A stretch of DNA of 64,000 bases. It comes from an uncultured Pseudomonadota bacterium. GTDB lineage: Bacteria; Pseudomonadota; Alphaproteobacteria; RF32; CAG-239. Every line of letters starts with the position of its first letter. The stretch's first letter is position 1. Under the pieces are notes generated by a model, which did no database searches, was not told where the DNA came from, and saw only the letters and a program-made list of their open reading frames with translations. This document shows positions 38,043-47,362 of the stretch, piece after piece. Location: the NCBI GenBank assembly GCA_949289935.1, contig CASEQD010000001.1, forward strand, positions 81,375 to 145,374, in the 5' to 3' direction. Both the position numbers and the translations under genes were made by a program.

Positions 38043-38882
38043 TTGCCCGAATTACCCGAAGTTGAAACAATTAAGAATGCCCTGATCAAAGGAATCGGTC
38101 AAGCCCGGATTTTGGATGTTATTGTTTATAACCGCCGGTTCCGGATGACGGTTCCCGATGATTTCAAAGAACGCATTCTTAACGCGACTATTTTATCTTA
38201 TCAGAGAATTGCTAAATATATTGTTATCAATTTGGATAACGGCATCAGCATTATCTGGCATCTGGGAATGAGCGGCCGGATTAAAATTGTGCAAAATATT
38301 CCGAAAAAAAACGAAAAACACGACCATGTCATCCTTTCCACCGACAAGGGATGCCTGATTTTTAATGATGCCCGGCGGTTTGGGTTGATAACTTACTGCC
38401 TTACCTCTTGTCTGGATAAATTTCCGCCTTTTGCAAAATCGGGAACCGATCCGTTTTCGGACACGATGACGCCTTTGTATCTTTTCAACCGGCTGCATAA
38501 TAAAAAAATTCCGGTTAAACAAGCTTTACTTGACCAGTCCGTAATTGCGGGAATCGGAAACATCTATGCTTCGGAAATTTTATATGACGCCGGAATTTCC
38601 CCTTTAAGAGAATCCGCCTCTCTTTCCCGCAACGACTGCCGGAAAGTTGTCGAATCCGTCAGAAAAATTTTGCAAAAAGCCATTGATGCCGGCGGATCAA
38701 CGTTAAAAGACTATCATAAACCGGACGGCAGCGAAGGTTATTTTCAGTTTGCCCACTGTGTTTATAACAAAACAGGCCAACCCTGCCCAAATTGTACTTG
38801 TCAGATTCAGAAAACAGGTGGTATACAGAAGATAGTCCAAGGCGGACGATCGACTTTTTATTGTGCAACGAAGCAAAAGTGA
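38043..38882 (+). CDS. mutM: Formamidopyrimidine-DNA glycosylase
   Basis: PELPEVET, HLGMSG, GIGNIYASE, Zn finger. Confidence 0.96.
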   Translation: MPELPEVETIKNALIKGIGQARILDVIVYNRRFRMTVPDDFKERILNATILSYQRIAKYIVINLDNGISIIWHLGMSGRIKIVQNIPKKNEKHDHVILSTDKGCLIFNDARRFGLITYCLTSCLDKFPPFAKSGTDPFSDTMTPLYLFNRLHNKKIPVKQALLDQSVIAGIGNIYASEILYDAGISPLRESASLSRNDCRKVVESVRKILQKAIDAGGSTLKDYHKPDGSEGYFQFAHCVYNKTGQPCPNCTCQIQKTGGIQKIVQGGRSTFYCATKQK

Positions 38883-38887
38883 TTCCA

Positions 38888-39268
38888 ATGACAAAAAACA
38901 AATTTATTCCTTTTTTTATTTTTCTGGCCTCGGCTCTTTTTCTGTTTGGCCAAAACGGAAATGCCGCCGGTTTTATTGACGGGCTTGAGGACATTCCACT
39001 GCCTGAATATATGCAGCAGACTTCACATGATGATTTGAGCTTCGGTAACGAAGAAAGCCGCTTTGTCGAAACTTATCTGACCGGAAAAAACGAAAACTTT
39101 GAAGAAGTCGAAAAGTTCTATATGGATACACTCCCCCAGCTCGGATGGCAGTTTGAAGGCAAACAGGGAAATACTATTTCTTTTTACCGGGATGGAGAAC
39201 GTCTGGATATTGCCAGAGAAAAAACTTCGCCCCTGACTGTCAGAATTACGCTTAAAAGCCAGAACTAA
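38888..39268 (+). CDS. Secreted hypothetical protein
   Basis: Signal peptide; FIDGLEDIPL...FY..TLPQLGW. Confidence 0.7.
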   Translation: MTKNKFIPFFIFLASALFLFGQNGNAAGFIDGLEDIPLPEYMQQTSHDDLSFGNEESRFVETYLTGKNENFEEVEKFYMDTLPQLGWQFEGKQGNTISFYRDGERLDIAREKTSPLTVRITLKSQN

Positions 39269-39279
39269 GAAGGACGGGT

Positions 39280-40038
39280 ATGGAATATAAATTTATAAAA
39301 ACAGAAATCAGAGAAAAAGTCGGGCTGATTACGCTTGACCGGCCGGAAGTGTTAAATACGCTTAATGAACGGACTCTTTGGGAATTGGCCGATGCTGCTG
39401 AAAATTTTGACCGGAATCCAAATATCCACGCCTTGTTGCTGCAGGGCAGCGAAAAGGCTTTTTGCGCCGGGCTCGATGTCAAAGAATTTTCTGAAAGAAT
39501 TAATGAATTTAATAATATTCTGGAAACTTTCAAAAATTGTTTTATACGAATTCATAAAATCAGGAAACCTGTTATTGCCGCTGCTTCCGGGTATGTTTTG
39601 GGACTCGGCGCCGAACTGCTTATGTGCGCCGACATTATCCTTGCATCCGACAGCTTCCGCCTTGCTCTTCCGGAAACAAGCCTGGGTATGATTCCCGGAC
39701 TCGGGGTTTTGAATAAACTTATTAAAAATATCGGCAAGGCCAAAGCAATGGAAATGGCGCTGTGCGAGAGAGCCATTCTTGGCGACGAAGCCGAAAAAGC
39801 CGGTCTCATCAGCAGAATCGTCCCGTTGCCCGATTTGTTCGACGAGGCTTACAAAACCGCTGCAAAAGCAGCTCAGGCGCCTTTGTTTGCCGTTTTGGCC
39901 GTCAAAGAATCCGTTTGTTTTGAGGAGAATTTTGAAAATACCAAAGGAATCGAAGACGCCGCCATGCGCAACAAACTGATTATAAATACAGAAGAATTCA
40001 GGGAATATATAAGAAATTTTAACCGCCAGAACAAATAA
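39280..40038 (+). CDS. Enoyl-CoA hydratase/isomerase family protein
   Basis: KAFCAGLD, KPVIAAASG, PETSLGMIPG; upstream of rpsT as in other Alphaproteobacteria. Confidence 0.9.
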   Translation: MEYKFIKTEIREKVGLITLDRPEVLNTLNERTLWELADAAENFDRNPNIHALLLQGSEKAFCAGLDVKEFSERINEFNNILETFKNCFIRIHKIRKPVIAAASGYVLGLGAELLMCADIILASDSFRLALPETSLGMIPGLGVLNKLIKNIGKAKAMEMALCERAILGDEAEKAGLISRIVPLPDLFDEAYKTAAKAAQAPLFAVLAVKESVCFEENFENTKGIEDAAMRNKLIINTEEFREYIRNFNRQNK

Positions 40039-40153
40039 TTTGTCATTTATTTACCGGAAATTCAAAAATTATGTTGACTTTCCGGGGGCTAAGAGTTTAT
40101 AAAAGCTAACAGAAATTTAAAAATGTGTTAACATAAAAGATAGGAATTTTAAA

Positions 40154-40420
40154 ATGGCCAATCATAAATCGGCAAAAACAAGAATTAAAAGAAACAACAA
40201 GCGGAATATTATAAACAGCGCCCGCAGAAGCAGAGTGCGTACTTTTGTGAAAAAAGCTCTGGAAGCAATTTCTTCTAATAATAAAGAAGCTGCCGAAGCT
40301 GCTTTCAGAACTGCAGAATCCGAATTGGCAAGAGCCGCTCAAAAAGGTGCGCTTGACAAACGGAAAGCTTCTCGCATTGTTTCCCGTCTGTCTCTGAAAG
40401 TTAAAGCTATTAACGCTTAG
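40154..40420 (+). CDS. rpsT: 30S ribosomal protein S20
   Basis: MANHKSAKTRI...ASRIVSRL. Confidence 0.96.
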   Translation: MANHKSAKTRIKRNNKRNIINSARRSRVRTFVKKALEAISSNNKEAAEAAFRTAESELARAAQKGALDKRKASRIVSRLSLKVKAINA

Positions 40421-40438
40421 TTTTTCGTCTTTTTTTTC

Positions 40439-40490
40439 AGACCAGAATTCTCTTTTGTTTAAAAAAGGGAATTCTGGTCTTTGCTTTTTT
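40439..40490 (+). terminator. Terminator after rpsT
   Basis: AGACCAGAATTC...GAATTCTGGTCT then T-rich tract. Confidence 0.75.
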
Positions 40491-40607
40491 ATATGCTGCA
40501 ACACCGCAGAATCCGGACGACTCTGAATCTGCTCCTGTCAAGAAATAAAATTTAAATGTTCTATAAAAGTTCTCTTGTAATTATTTTTTCCGACGTTTAC
40601 TATCCTC

Positions 40608-40622
40608 TTAAATTTTGGTTAA
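40608..40622. promoter_or_regulatory. Possible CtrA box (TTAA-N7-TTAA)
   Basis: TTAA-ATTTTGG-TTAA; AT-rich context, so a chance match is possible. Confidence 0.35.
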
Positions 40623-40674
40623 GAAATTTATTAAGAAGTTGGTAATTATTATGGAAATATCAGAAATTCTTTCA

Positions 40675-41105
40675 AAGAATATATTGAAGATACAGGAAAC
40701 CAAAACAAGTGCAAAAAAGTTACAATCCGCTTAGCCGGAAAAGAAAAAGTTTCCGGAGTTTGCAAACGGATGATTGTAAAAAAACGCAGTTGATTTAACG
40801 GGGAAAAGGAATCCTGCCTGAAAATATATGAAGGAAAGAGAATCCGAAACAAGTGCAAAAAAGTTACAATCCGCTTAGCTGGAAAAGAAAAAGTTTCCGG
40901 AGTTTGCAAACGGATGATTGTAAAAACAACACTGTTAATTCAGCGGGGAAAAGGAATCCTGCTTGAAAATATATGAAGGAAAGAGAATCCGAAACAAGTG
41001 CGAAAAAGTTACAATCCGCTTAGCTGGAAAAGAAAAAGTTTCCGGAGTTTGCAAACGGATGATTGTAAAAAAAACGCAGTTGATTCAACCGGGAAAAGGA
41101 ATCCC
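40675..41105. repeat. Three tandem ~144-145-bp repeats with internal inverted repeats, upstream of dnaA
   Basis: AAACAAGTGC anchor at 40703, 40847 and 40992; near-identical ~75-bp core. Confidence 0.93.
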
Positions 41106-41434
41106 GCGGGGCAAATATTTAGGGATATGCGCTCCCAGCAACAGAATGTTGAAAAAGGGAATTGCGGATAGATTTTGATGCCGTAAAAGCAGAAAAAGAA
41201 AGTTTATCCGGAATTACGGAAGCTTTTGATATCATGTTGAAACAAAGTAAAGAGATTGTCAGGACAAACAAGAATCAAATTGTTCGAAATCCGGTACCGG
41301 TTTGGTATTGTGTCGAGACAAAAGGCGACAACTTGTCAGAACGGTTGTTTGAAATGTTGAAACAAAAATCAAATTGCGATCCGGGGAAAAATTATAGATA
41401 ATTATTTTAATATCTAAAAAATGGGGAGTTAATA

Positions 41435-42868
41435 ATGGCAGAAACATTACAAGATAATTCGGTTCAAGATCAATGGAGCCAAATTTGCGACCAATTAAAA
41501 TCAGAGTTCGGAAATGTTGCTTTTGACAGCTGGTTAAAGCCGTTAACTTTGGGATCTTGCAGCGAAGGCGTTGTAAACATCTGCGTTCCGACAAGATTTA
41601 TGAGAAACTGGGTTATTGCCCACTATTCGGAACAAATTCACAGAATCTGGGAGAGAAAGAATCCGCAAGTCAAAGAAGTAAATTTTGTCGTTCAAGCGGT
41701 TAATGAAGGCGCAAAAGGCAGTTTGCACGATTTGTCGGGGCGTTCACTGCTTAAAAAGATTTCTTCCAGTCCGGCTCCTCAGAATATTTATCTTTCAGGA
41801 GCGGCATCACTGAACAGCGGCGAATATCAATCTTCAGATTCTTCTTTGTCCGTTCCTCTCAATCCGTTATATACATTTGATAATTTTGTGGTCGGCAAAA
41901 CCAATGAGTTTGCTTATGCCGCCGCCCGCAAAGTTGCGGAATCCCGTAATGTTTCTTTTAACCCGTTGTTTTTGTATTCCGGCGTCGGCCTCGGAAAAAC
42001 CCATTTGATGCACGCCATTGCCTGGCACATCAAACAACAGGATCCAACCCGGAATATTGTTTATTTGTCTGCTGAAAAATTTATGTATAAATTCGTCCGC
42101 GCTTTGCGTTATAAAGACACAACAGCGTTCAAGGAGCAGTTCCGTTCCGTTGATGTTTTGATGGTTGACGATGTTCAGTTTATGGGAGGTAAGGATTCTA
42201 CTCAGGAAGAATTTTTCTATACCTTTAATTCGTTGATTGAAGAAGGACGGCAGATTATTATTTCGGCAGATAAGTCTCCTTCAGATCTGGAAGGAATCGA
42301 AACCCGGCTGAAATCGAGACTCGGTTGCGGTCTGGTTGCCGATATTCATCCGACGGATTTTGATTTGAGAATAGGTATTTTGAACAAAAAAGCCCAACAG
42401 CTCGGCGTTAGTCTGCCGGTTTCCGTTGCCGAATTTCTGGCTCAGAAAATAACATCAAACATCCGAGAACTGGAAGGAGCTCTGCGCCGCATTATTGCTC
42501 ATTCGCAACTGCTGTCCGATAAGGAAATTACTTTGGATATGACACAGGATGTGTTGAAAGATATGCTTCGTTCCTATGATAAACGGACGACAATTGACGA
42601 GATTCAGAAAAAAGTTGCCGAGTATTTTAATATTTCGGTAAAAGAAATGCAATCGTCCCGCAGAGCCCGTACCGTAGCCCGTCCAAGACAAGTAGCCATG
42701 TATTTGGCCAAACAGCTGACTTCCCGTTCACTTCCGGAAATCGGGCGTAAGTTTGACCGCGACCACACTACGGTTATGCATGCAGTTCGAAAAGTGGAAG
42801 AATTGATTCTGGAAGATTCGTCTCTGGCTGAAAACGTAGACTCTTTGAGAAGAATTCTGGAAGCCTGA
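41435..42868 (+). CDS. dnaA: Chromosomal replication initiator
   Basis: NPLFLYSGVGLGKTHL, DDVQF, RELEGAL, RDHTTVMHA. Confidence 0.98.
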   Translation: MAETLQDNSVQDQWSQICDQLKSEFGNVAFDSWLKPLTLGSCSEGVVNICVPTRFMRNWVIAHYSEQIHRIWERKNPQVKEVNFVVQAVNEGAKGSLHDLSGRSLLKKISSSPAPQNIYLSGAASLNSGEYQSSDSSLSVPLNPLYTFDNFVVGKTNEFAYAAARKVAESRNVSFNPLFLYSGVGLGKTHLMHAIAWHIKQQDPTRNIVYLSAEKFMYKFVRALRYKDTTAFKEQFRSVDVLMVDDVQFMGGKDSTQEEFFYTFNSLIEEGRQIIISADKSPSDLEGIETRLKSRLGCGLVADIHPTDFDLRIGILNKKAQQLGVSLPVSVAEFLAQKITSNIRELEGALRRIIAHSQLLSDKEITLDMTQDVLKDMLRSYDKRTTIDEIQKKVAEYFNISVKEMQSSRRARTVARPRQVAMYLAKQLTSRSLPEIGRKFDRDHTTVMHAVRKVEELILEDSSLAENVDSLRRILEA

Positions 42869-42890
42869 TTTTATATTTCTTTAACGACCA

Positions 42891-42917
42891 AGCCTCCGGT
42901 TTTCCGGAGGTTTTTTT
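42891..42917 (+). terminator. Terminator after dnaA
   Basis: CCTCCGG-TTTT-CCGGAGG then T run. Confidence 0.8.
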
Positions 42918-43031
42918 ATAAAAAGAATAAAAAGCTGTTGAATATTTACGCTTTGGTCTTCTGATTTTGTGAGTTTATGATAGGATAGGTAATAAAAAGT
43001 TTTTAATTGCTGTTTTATTAGGATACACAAG

Positions 43032-44150
43032 ATGAAATTTACAATTGAACGCGCAACTTTGTTAAAAACTCTGAGCCATGTTCAGAGCATTGTAGAAAAA
43101 AGAAACACCATTCCGGTTCTGTCCAATGTTAAAATAGAAGCAATGGAAGACGGCATCAGCTTTAAAGCAACAGATATGGATACGGAAATTACAGAAGTTG
43201 TTGATGCCAAAGTTTCCGAAACAGGTGCAACAACGGCTCCGGCGCATATGCTGTATGACATTACCCGTAAACTAGCCGACGGCTCTGACGTGGAAATTAC
43301 TTTTCCCGATGAACGGGGACAATTGACAATTGCTTCAGGACGTTCGAAATTTGCTCTTTCAACAATCGGTGTTGAAGATTTTCCGGTTATTTCCGGTGAT
43401 CAGCTTCCGGTCAATTTTGTTATGCCGAAAGAAGAGTTAAAAGATGTTATAGACCGTACAAAATTTGCCGTTTCAACAGAAGAAACCAGATATTATCTGA
43501 ACGGTATTTATGTTCATGCCAAAAATGAAGGAGAGACAAAGGTTTTGCGCGTTGTTGCCACGGACGGGCATCGTTTGGCCTGTGTCGAATCTCCGTTGCC
43601 GCAAGGGGCCGAAAACATGAGTGGCGTGATTATTCCCAGAAAGACGGTTGGCGAAGCGCGCAAACTGCTTGATGATACTGGCGCCGAAAATATTTCCGTT
43701 TCTTTGTCTGAAAACAAGATCCGTTTTGTTATGGAAGATGTTACACTGACATCCAAACTGATTGACGGCACTTATCCCGATTATGAACGGGTTATTCCGA
43801 CAGACAATGATAAAGTTTTGGAGCTGGGTGTTAAAGATTTGTCCCAGGCTGTTGATCGTGTTTCCGTCGTAGCCGAAAGAACCCGTGCCATAAAAATGAT
43901 TACGGCGCCCAATCATGTTACCATTACAACGTCAAGTCCGGATTTGGGCAGCGCTCAGGAAGAAATTGAAGCAAAATATGACAGCGAATCTCTGGAAATC
44001 GGATATAATTTCCGTTATCTGCTGGATATTTTGAACGAAGTTAAGGGAGAAACCGTCAGAATAAGTTTTGCAGACGGATCATCGCCTTCCGTTATTCATG
44101 ACACTTCTGATGCCAGCGCTATTTATGTTTTAATGCCGATGAGGGTGTAA
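43032..44150 (+). CDS. dnaN: DNA polymerase III beta clamp
   Basis: EKRNTIPVLSN, ATDGHRL, YVLMPMRV. Confidence 0.98.
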   Translation: MKFTIERATLLKTLSHVQSIVEKRNTIPVLSNVKIEAMEDGISFKATDMDTEITEVVDAKVSETGATTAPAHMLYDITRKLADGSDVEITFPDERGQLTIASGRSKFALSTIGVEDFPVISGDQLPVNFVMPKEELKDVIDRTKFAVSTEETRYYLNGIYVHAKNEGETKVLRVVATDGHRLACVESPLPQGAENMSGVIIPRKTVGEARKLLDDTGAENISVSLSENKIRFVMEDVTLTSKLIDGTYPDYERVIPTDNDKVLELGVKDLSQAVDRVSVVAERTRAIKMITAPNHVTITTSSPDLGSAQEEIEAKYDSESLEIGYNFRYLLDILNEVKGETVRISFADGSSPSVIHDTSDASAIYVLMPMRV

Positions 44151-44151
44151 T

Positions 44152-45378
44152 TTGGGTGATGCGGCTTTAAAATTTTCAGAAATAAGCAGTGAAAAGTCAG
44201 GCGTTATTCGTCTGACTTTAACTAATTTCAGAAATTATGCTTATTTGCGCTTAAATGCCGCTTCGGGACCGGTGATTATTACCGGGGAAAACGGCAGCGG
44301 CAAGACAAATATTCTGGAAGCCATTTCTTTTTTGACTCCCGGACGAGGGTTGCGCAGTGCAAGATTGTCCGATGTAAAAAGAATTTCTCCCGTTTCCATC
44401 AACGATGAATATCTTCCGACAGAAATAAATCCAACGAGCTGGGCGGTTTCGGCTCTTGTAAACAGAGCCGGCGAAGAGACGGAAATCGGCACGGCGGTTG
44501 AGAAGACATTACGGGAAAATGAAGACGAATCCCGAAATTTTGACCGGAGAATCGTTAAAATAGACGGGCAAAAAATTTCATCACAATCCGAATTGGGAAA
44601 ATATCTTTCCGCTATTTGGATTACCCCGCAAATGGACAAGCTTTTTCGCGGCGGCTCTCAGCCGAGAAGAAATTTTCTTGACCGGTTGGTTTATGCTTTT
44701 GATGTGGAACATGCCAAAAGAATCGCAAATTTTGAGCATATGTATAAAGAATGGTATCAGCTTCTGAAAAGCGGCAGACATAATGACGCCTGGCTTTCAA
44801 CTTTGGAAGAAGGGATGTCGGCTTTAGGTGTGGCAATTGCCGCGGCACGTAGAGAACATACTGCCCGACTTAACCGGTTTATCGAATGCGAACCGGATGA
44901 TGTCTTTCCAAACGTAAGGTTGGAGCTGGAGGGAATCATAGAAAAACAACTTAACCGTCTGCCTGCTTTGGAGGTTGAAGATTTTTATAAAGCTTTATTA
45001 AAAAAGCAACGACAAAATGTGTTATATAATGATAATGTTGAGGGTATAAACAGAACTGATTTTAAAGTTTATTACCGTAAAAAAGGCATGCCGGCAGAGC
45101 TTTGCTCCACCGGCGAGCAAAAATCTCTTCTGGTCAGCATCATTCTCGCTCAGACAAAATGTCAGACCCTGGATAAAGGTTTTTCTCCGGTTTTGTTGCT
45201 TGATGAAGTTGCCGCTTATCTGGATGATTTGAAACGCGACGCTTTGCTTGATAAAATCAGAGATTTGGGATTGCAAGCCTGGATTACATCGACAGATCCG
45301 GCATTGTTCGGCCGGTTAAAAAATGAGGCGCAATTTTTAGAAGTAAAAAACAACCGGGTTATGGAAATTTCTTTATAA
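44152..45378 (+). CDS. recF: DNA replication/repair protein RecF
   Basis: NFRNY, GENGSGKTN, STGEQK, LLLDEV. Confidence 0.95.
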   Translation: MGDAALKFSEISSEKSGVIRLTLTNFRNYAYLRLNAASGPVIITGENGSGKTNILEAISFLTPGRGLRSARLSDVKRISPVSINDEYLPTEINPTSWAVSALVNRAGEETEIGTAVEKTLRENEDESRNFDRRIVKIDGQKISSQSELGKYLSAIWITPQMDKLFRGGSQPRRNFLDRLVYAFDVEHAKRIANFEHMYKEWYQLLKSGRHNDAWLSTLEEGMSALGVAIAAARREHTARLNRFIECEPDDVFPNVRLELEGIIEKQLNRLPALEVEDFYKALLKKQRQNVLYNDNVEGINRTDFKVYYRKKGMPAELCSTGEQKSLLVSIILAQTKCQTLDKGFSPVLLLDEVAAYLDDLKRDALLDKIRDLGLQAWITSTDPALFGRLKNEAQFLEVKNNRVMEISL

Positions 45379-45446
45379 AAAATCCCTGTTTCAAAATGAA
45401 CTGTCCAATTTCCGGAGAGTATCGTTCAAAAAGGAACAGGGATTTT
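45378..45446. terminator. Inverted repeat between convergent recF and accD
   Basis: AAAATCCCTGTT ... AACAGGGATTTT with a long loop. Confidence 0.5.
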
Positions 45447-45456
45447 GTTTGTTTTT

Positions 45457-46338
45457 TTATTTATTTTCCAGAGCCAGTGTGTTTATTCGGGGTTTGACAT
45501 GGGTCAAAATGCTCAAAACCCTGACTAAAGCGTCTTTCATTTCCTGACGGGTAACAACAATATCAACCATACCATGTTCACGCAGATATTCCGCCCGTTG
45601 AAAACCTTCCGGCAGCTTTTCACGAATAGTCTGTTCTATCACACGCGGCCCGGCAAAACCTATCAGACAACCTTTTTCGGCAATATTAACATCTCCCAGC
45701 ATGGCAAAGGAGGCTGAAACGCCGCCGGTAGTCGGATCGGTTAAAACAGAAACAAAAGGAATGCCTTTTTCTTTAAGTTGATTGATGGCAGCCGTCGTGC
45801 GCGCCATCTGCATAAGCGACAAAATTCCCTCTTGCATGCGGGCGCCGCCTGAAGCGGCAACCGTTACCAGCGGGTAGTTTCCCTTGAGACAGATTTCCGC
45901 AGCTTTGACAATTCCTTCGCCAACGGCCATTCCCATAGATCCACCCATAAAAGCAAAATCTATTGCGGCAACGATTGTGGTTATGCCGCCGATTTCACCT
46001 TTAGCTACCCGAACGGCATCTTCGCTTCCTGTCGATTTGCGATAACTTTTCAGCCGATCCGTATATTTTTTGGAATCTTTAAATTTTAACGGATCTTCTT
46101 TTAAATGCGGTAAAGCTATTTCGCTGTATTCACCATTGTCAAACAACATTTTCAGACGTTTATCAATGAACAAACGCAGATGGTGTCCGCAGCGCGTGCA
46201 AACGTACATACTCTTTTTTAATTCTTTAGAAAACAGCATTTGCCCACAATCCGGACATTTCAGCCAAAGATTATCGGCTATTTCAATAGGCGCCGTCTTT
46301 TTTATTTTCGGTCTTACAAAATCTGTTAACCAATTCAT
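45457..46338 (-). CDS. accD: Acetyl-CoA carboxylase carboxyltransferase beta subunit
   Basis: LWLKCPDC, FMGGSMG, SGGARMQEG, GFAGPRVIEQT. Confidence 0.97.
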   Translation of the reverse strand: MNWLTDFVRPKIKKTAPIEIADNLWLKCPDCGQMLFSKELKKSMYVCTRCGHHLRLFIDKRLKMLFDNGEYSEIALPHLKEDPLKFKDSKKYTDRLKSYRKSTGSEDAVRVAKGEIGGITTIVAAIDFAFMGGSMGMAVGEGIVKAAEICLKGNYPLVTVAASGGARMQEGILSLMQMARTTAAINQLKEKGIPFVSVLTDPTTGGVSASFAMLGDVNIAEKGCLIGFAGPRVIEQTIREKLPEGFQRAEYLREHGMVDIVVTRQEMKDALVRVLSILTHVKPRINTLALENK

Positions 46339-46367
46339 ATTTTTACACCATTTTTATTAACGATATT

Positions 46368-46772
46368 TTATGCCTCTTTTTTGCGAAAAAAATTTTTTAT
46401 TCTTTTTCCCAAGCTTATTTTAGGTTCTTTTTCCCTGATTGTTTTGTTTTCTTCTTTAAGGTTTTCAATGTTGTCTTTCAAATCAGAAACCGTTTCGTTT
46501 AAACGTTGTTGTTCTTTATTCAGACGACGGTTATCTTTTTTCTGTTGACGAAGAGCCTTGCGCATCGGGGAATAAGCCATAAAAGAATCCAGTTTTCCCA
46601 AAAGAAACCCAAACAAAACCAAAACAACAATAACAATACTCTGGGACACGGTTACTTCCACCAAAAACGGCCACAAACTGAATGTTACGAAATCATTGTT
46701 TACAAAAGCAAAGATTAAAACCGCAATGAAAATCGGCAATTCCATAAGCATTTTGATAAATTTCATCAGCAA
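46368..46772 (-). CDS. lapA: LapA-family membrane protein
   Basis: Two TM helices (FAFVN...) plus coiled coil; downstream of ihfB. Confidence 0.7.
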   Translation of the reverse strand: MLMKFIKMLMELPIFIAVLIFAFVNNDFVTFSLWPFLVEVTVSQSIVIVVLVLFGFLLGKLDSFMAYSPMRKALRQQKKDNRRLNKEQQRLNETVSDLKDNIENLKEENKTIREKEPKISLGKRIKNFFRKKEA

Positions 46773-46793
46773 CCGCCTTTCCGTTTTTTTCGC

Positions 46794-47075
46794 TTAGTGT
46801 TTGTTCAGCAACTCGTGCAACTGTTTTCCGGTTTTAAAATGAGGGATAAAGCGCTCTTCTACTTTAACCTGTTCTCCCGTACGCGGATTTTTCGCCGCAC
46901 GAGGCAGGCGCTTACGAACAGAAAAAGCCCCAAATCCGCGAAATTCAACTCTGTCGCCTTTTGCAAGAGAAGTAATGATTTTGTTGAAAACAACATCAAC
47001 AATATGCTCAACATCTTTTAGCAGCAAATGCGGATTTTTGTTTGCAATCTTTTCAATCAATTCAGATCTAGTCAC
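46794..47075 (-). CDS. ihfB: Integration host factor beta
   Basis: [31 protein letters not shown]. Confidence 0.9.
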   Translation of the reverse strand: MTRSELIEKIANKNPHLLLKDVEHIVDVVFNKIITSLAKGDRVEFRGFGAFSVRKRLPRAAKNPRTGEQVKVEERFIPHFKTGKQLHELLNKH

Positions 47076-47362
47076 TTTACATACCTCTTCAATTTTATGT
47101 TTGTTTTTAAGTTATACGTTTTTGTTTTATAAATCAATATCCCAATTAAAGAAAAAGTTAAATTTAATCCTTGTTTTATCCCCAAAAGCAACTTATTTAA
47201 TCTTTGTTGATTTTCCTTCCTGTTATTGAAATAACGTTTTTATGTTCGTGATTTCATAACCGTATCAAGCACCTTCCTCTAGCAATGAGAAAAAGGCAAA
47301 GGCGAAAAGATTTAAGATGTTCCGGTTATACATAATATAACAACAGGCGCAACAGAATGTTT

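Noticed and set aside
40675-41105. Tandem array as a CRISPR
   Set aside because: Units are ~144 bp and nearly identical throughout, there are no unique spacers, and no cas genes are in the window
41160-41215. DnaA boxes (TGCGGATAG, TTATCCGGA)
   Set aside because: Each has two mismatches to TTATCCACA, too weak to call oriC
40649-41401. Short ORFs over the dnaA-upstream repeats
   Set aside because: The period changes from 144 to 145 bp and breaks the frame, stops occur within units, and no protein motif is recognisable
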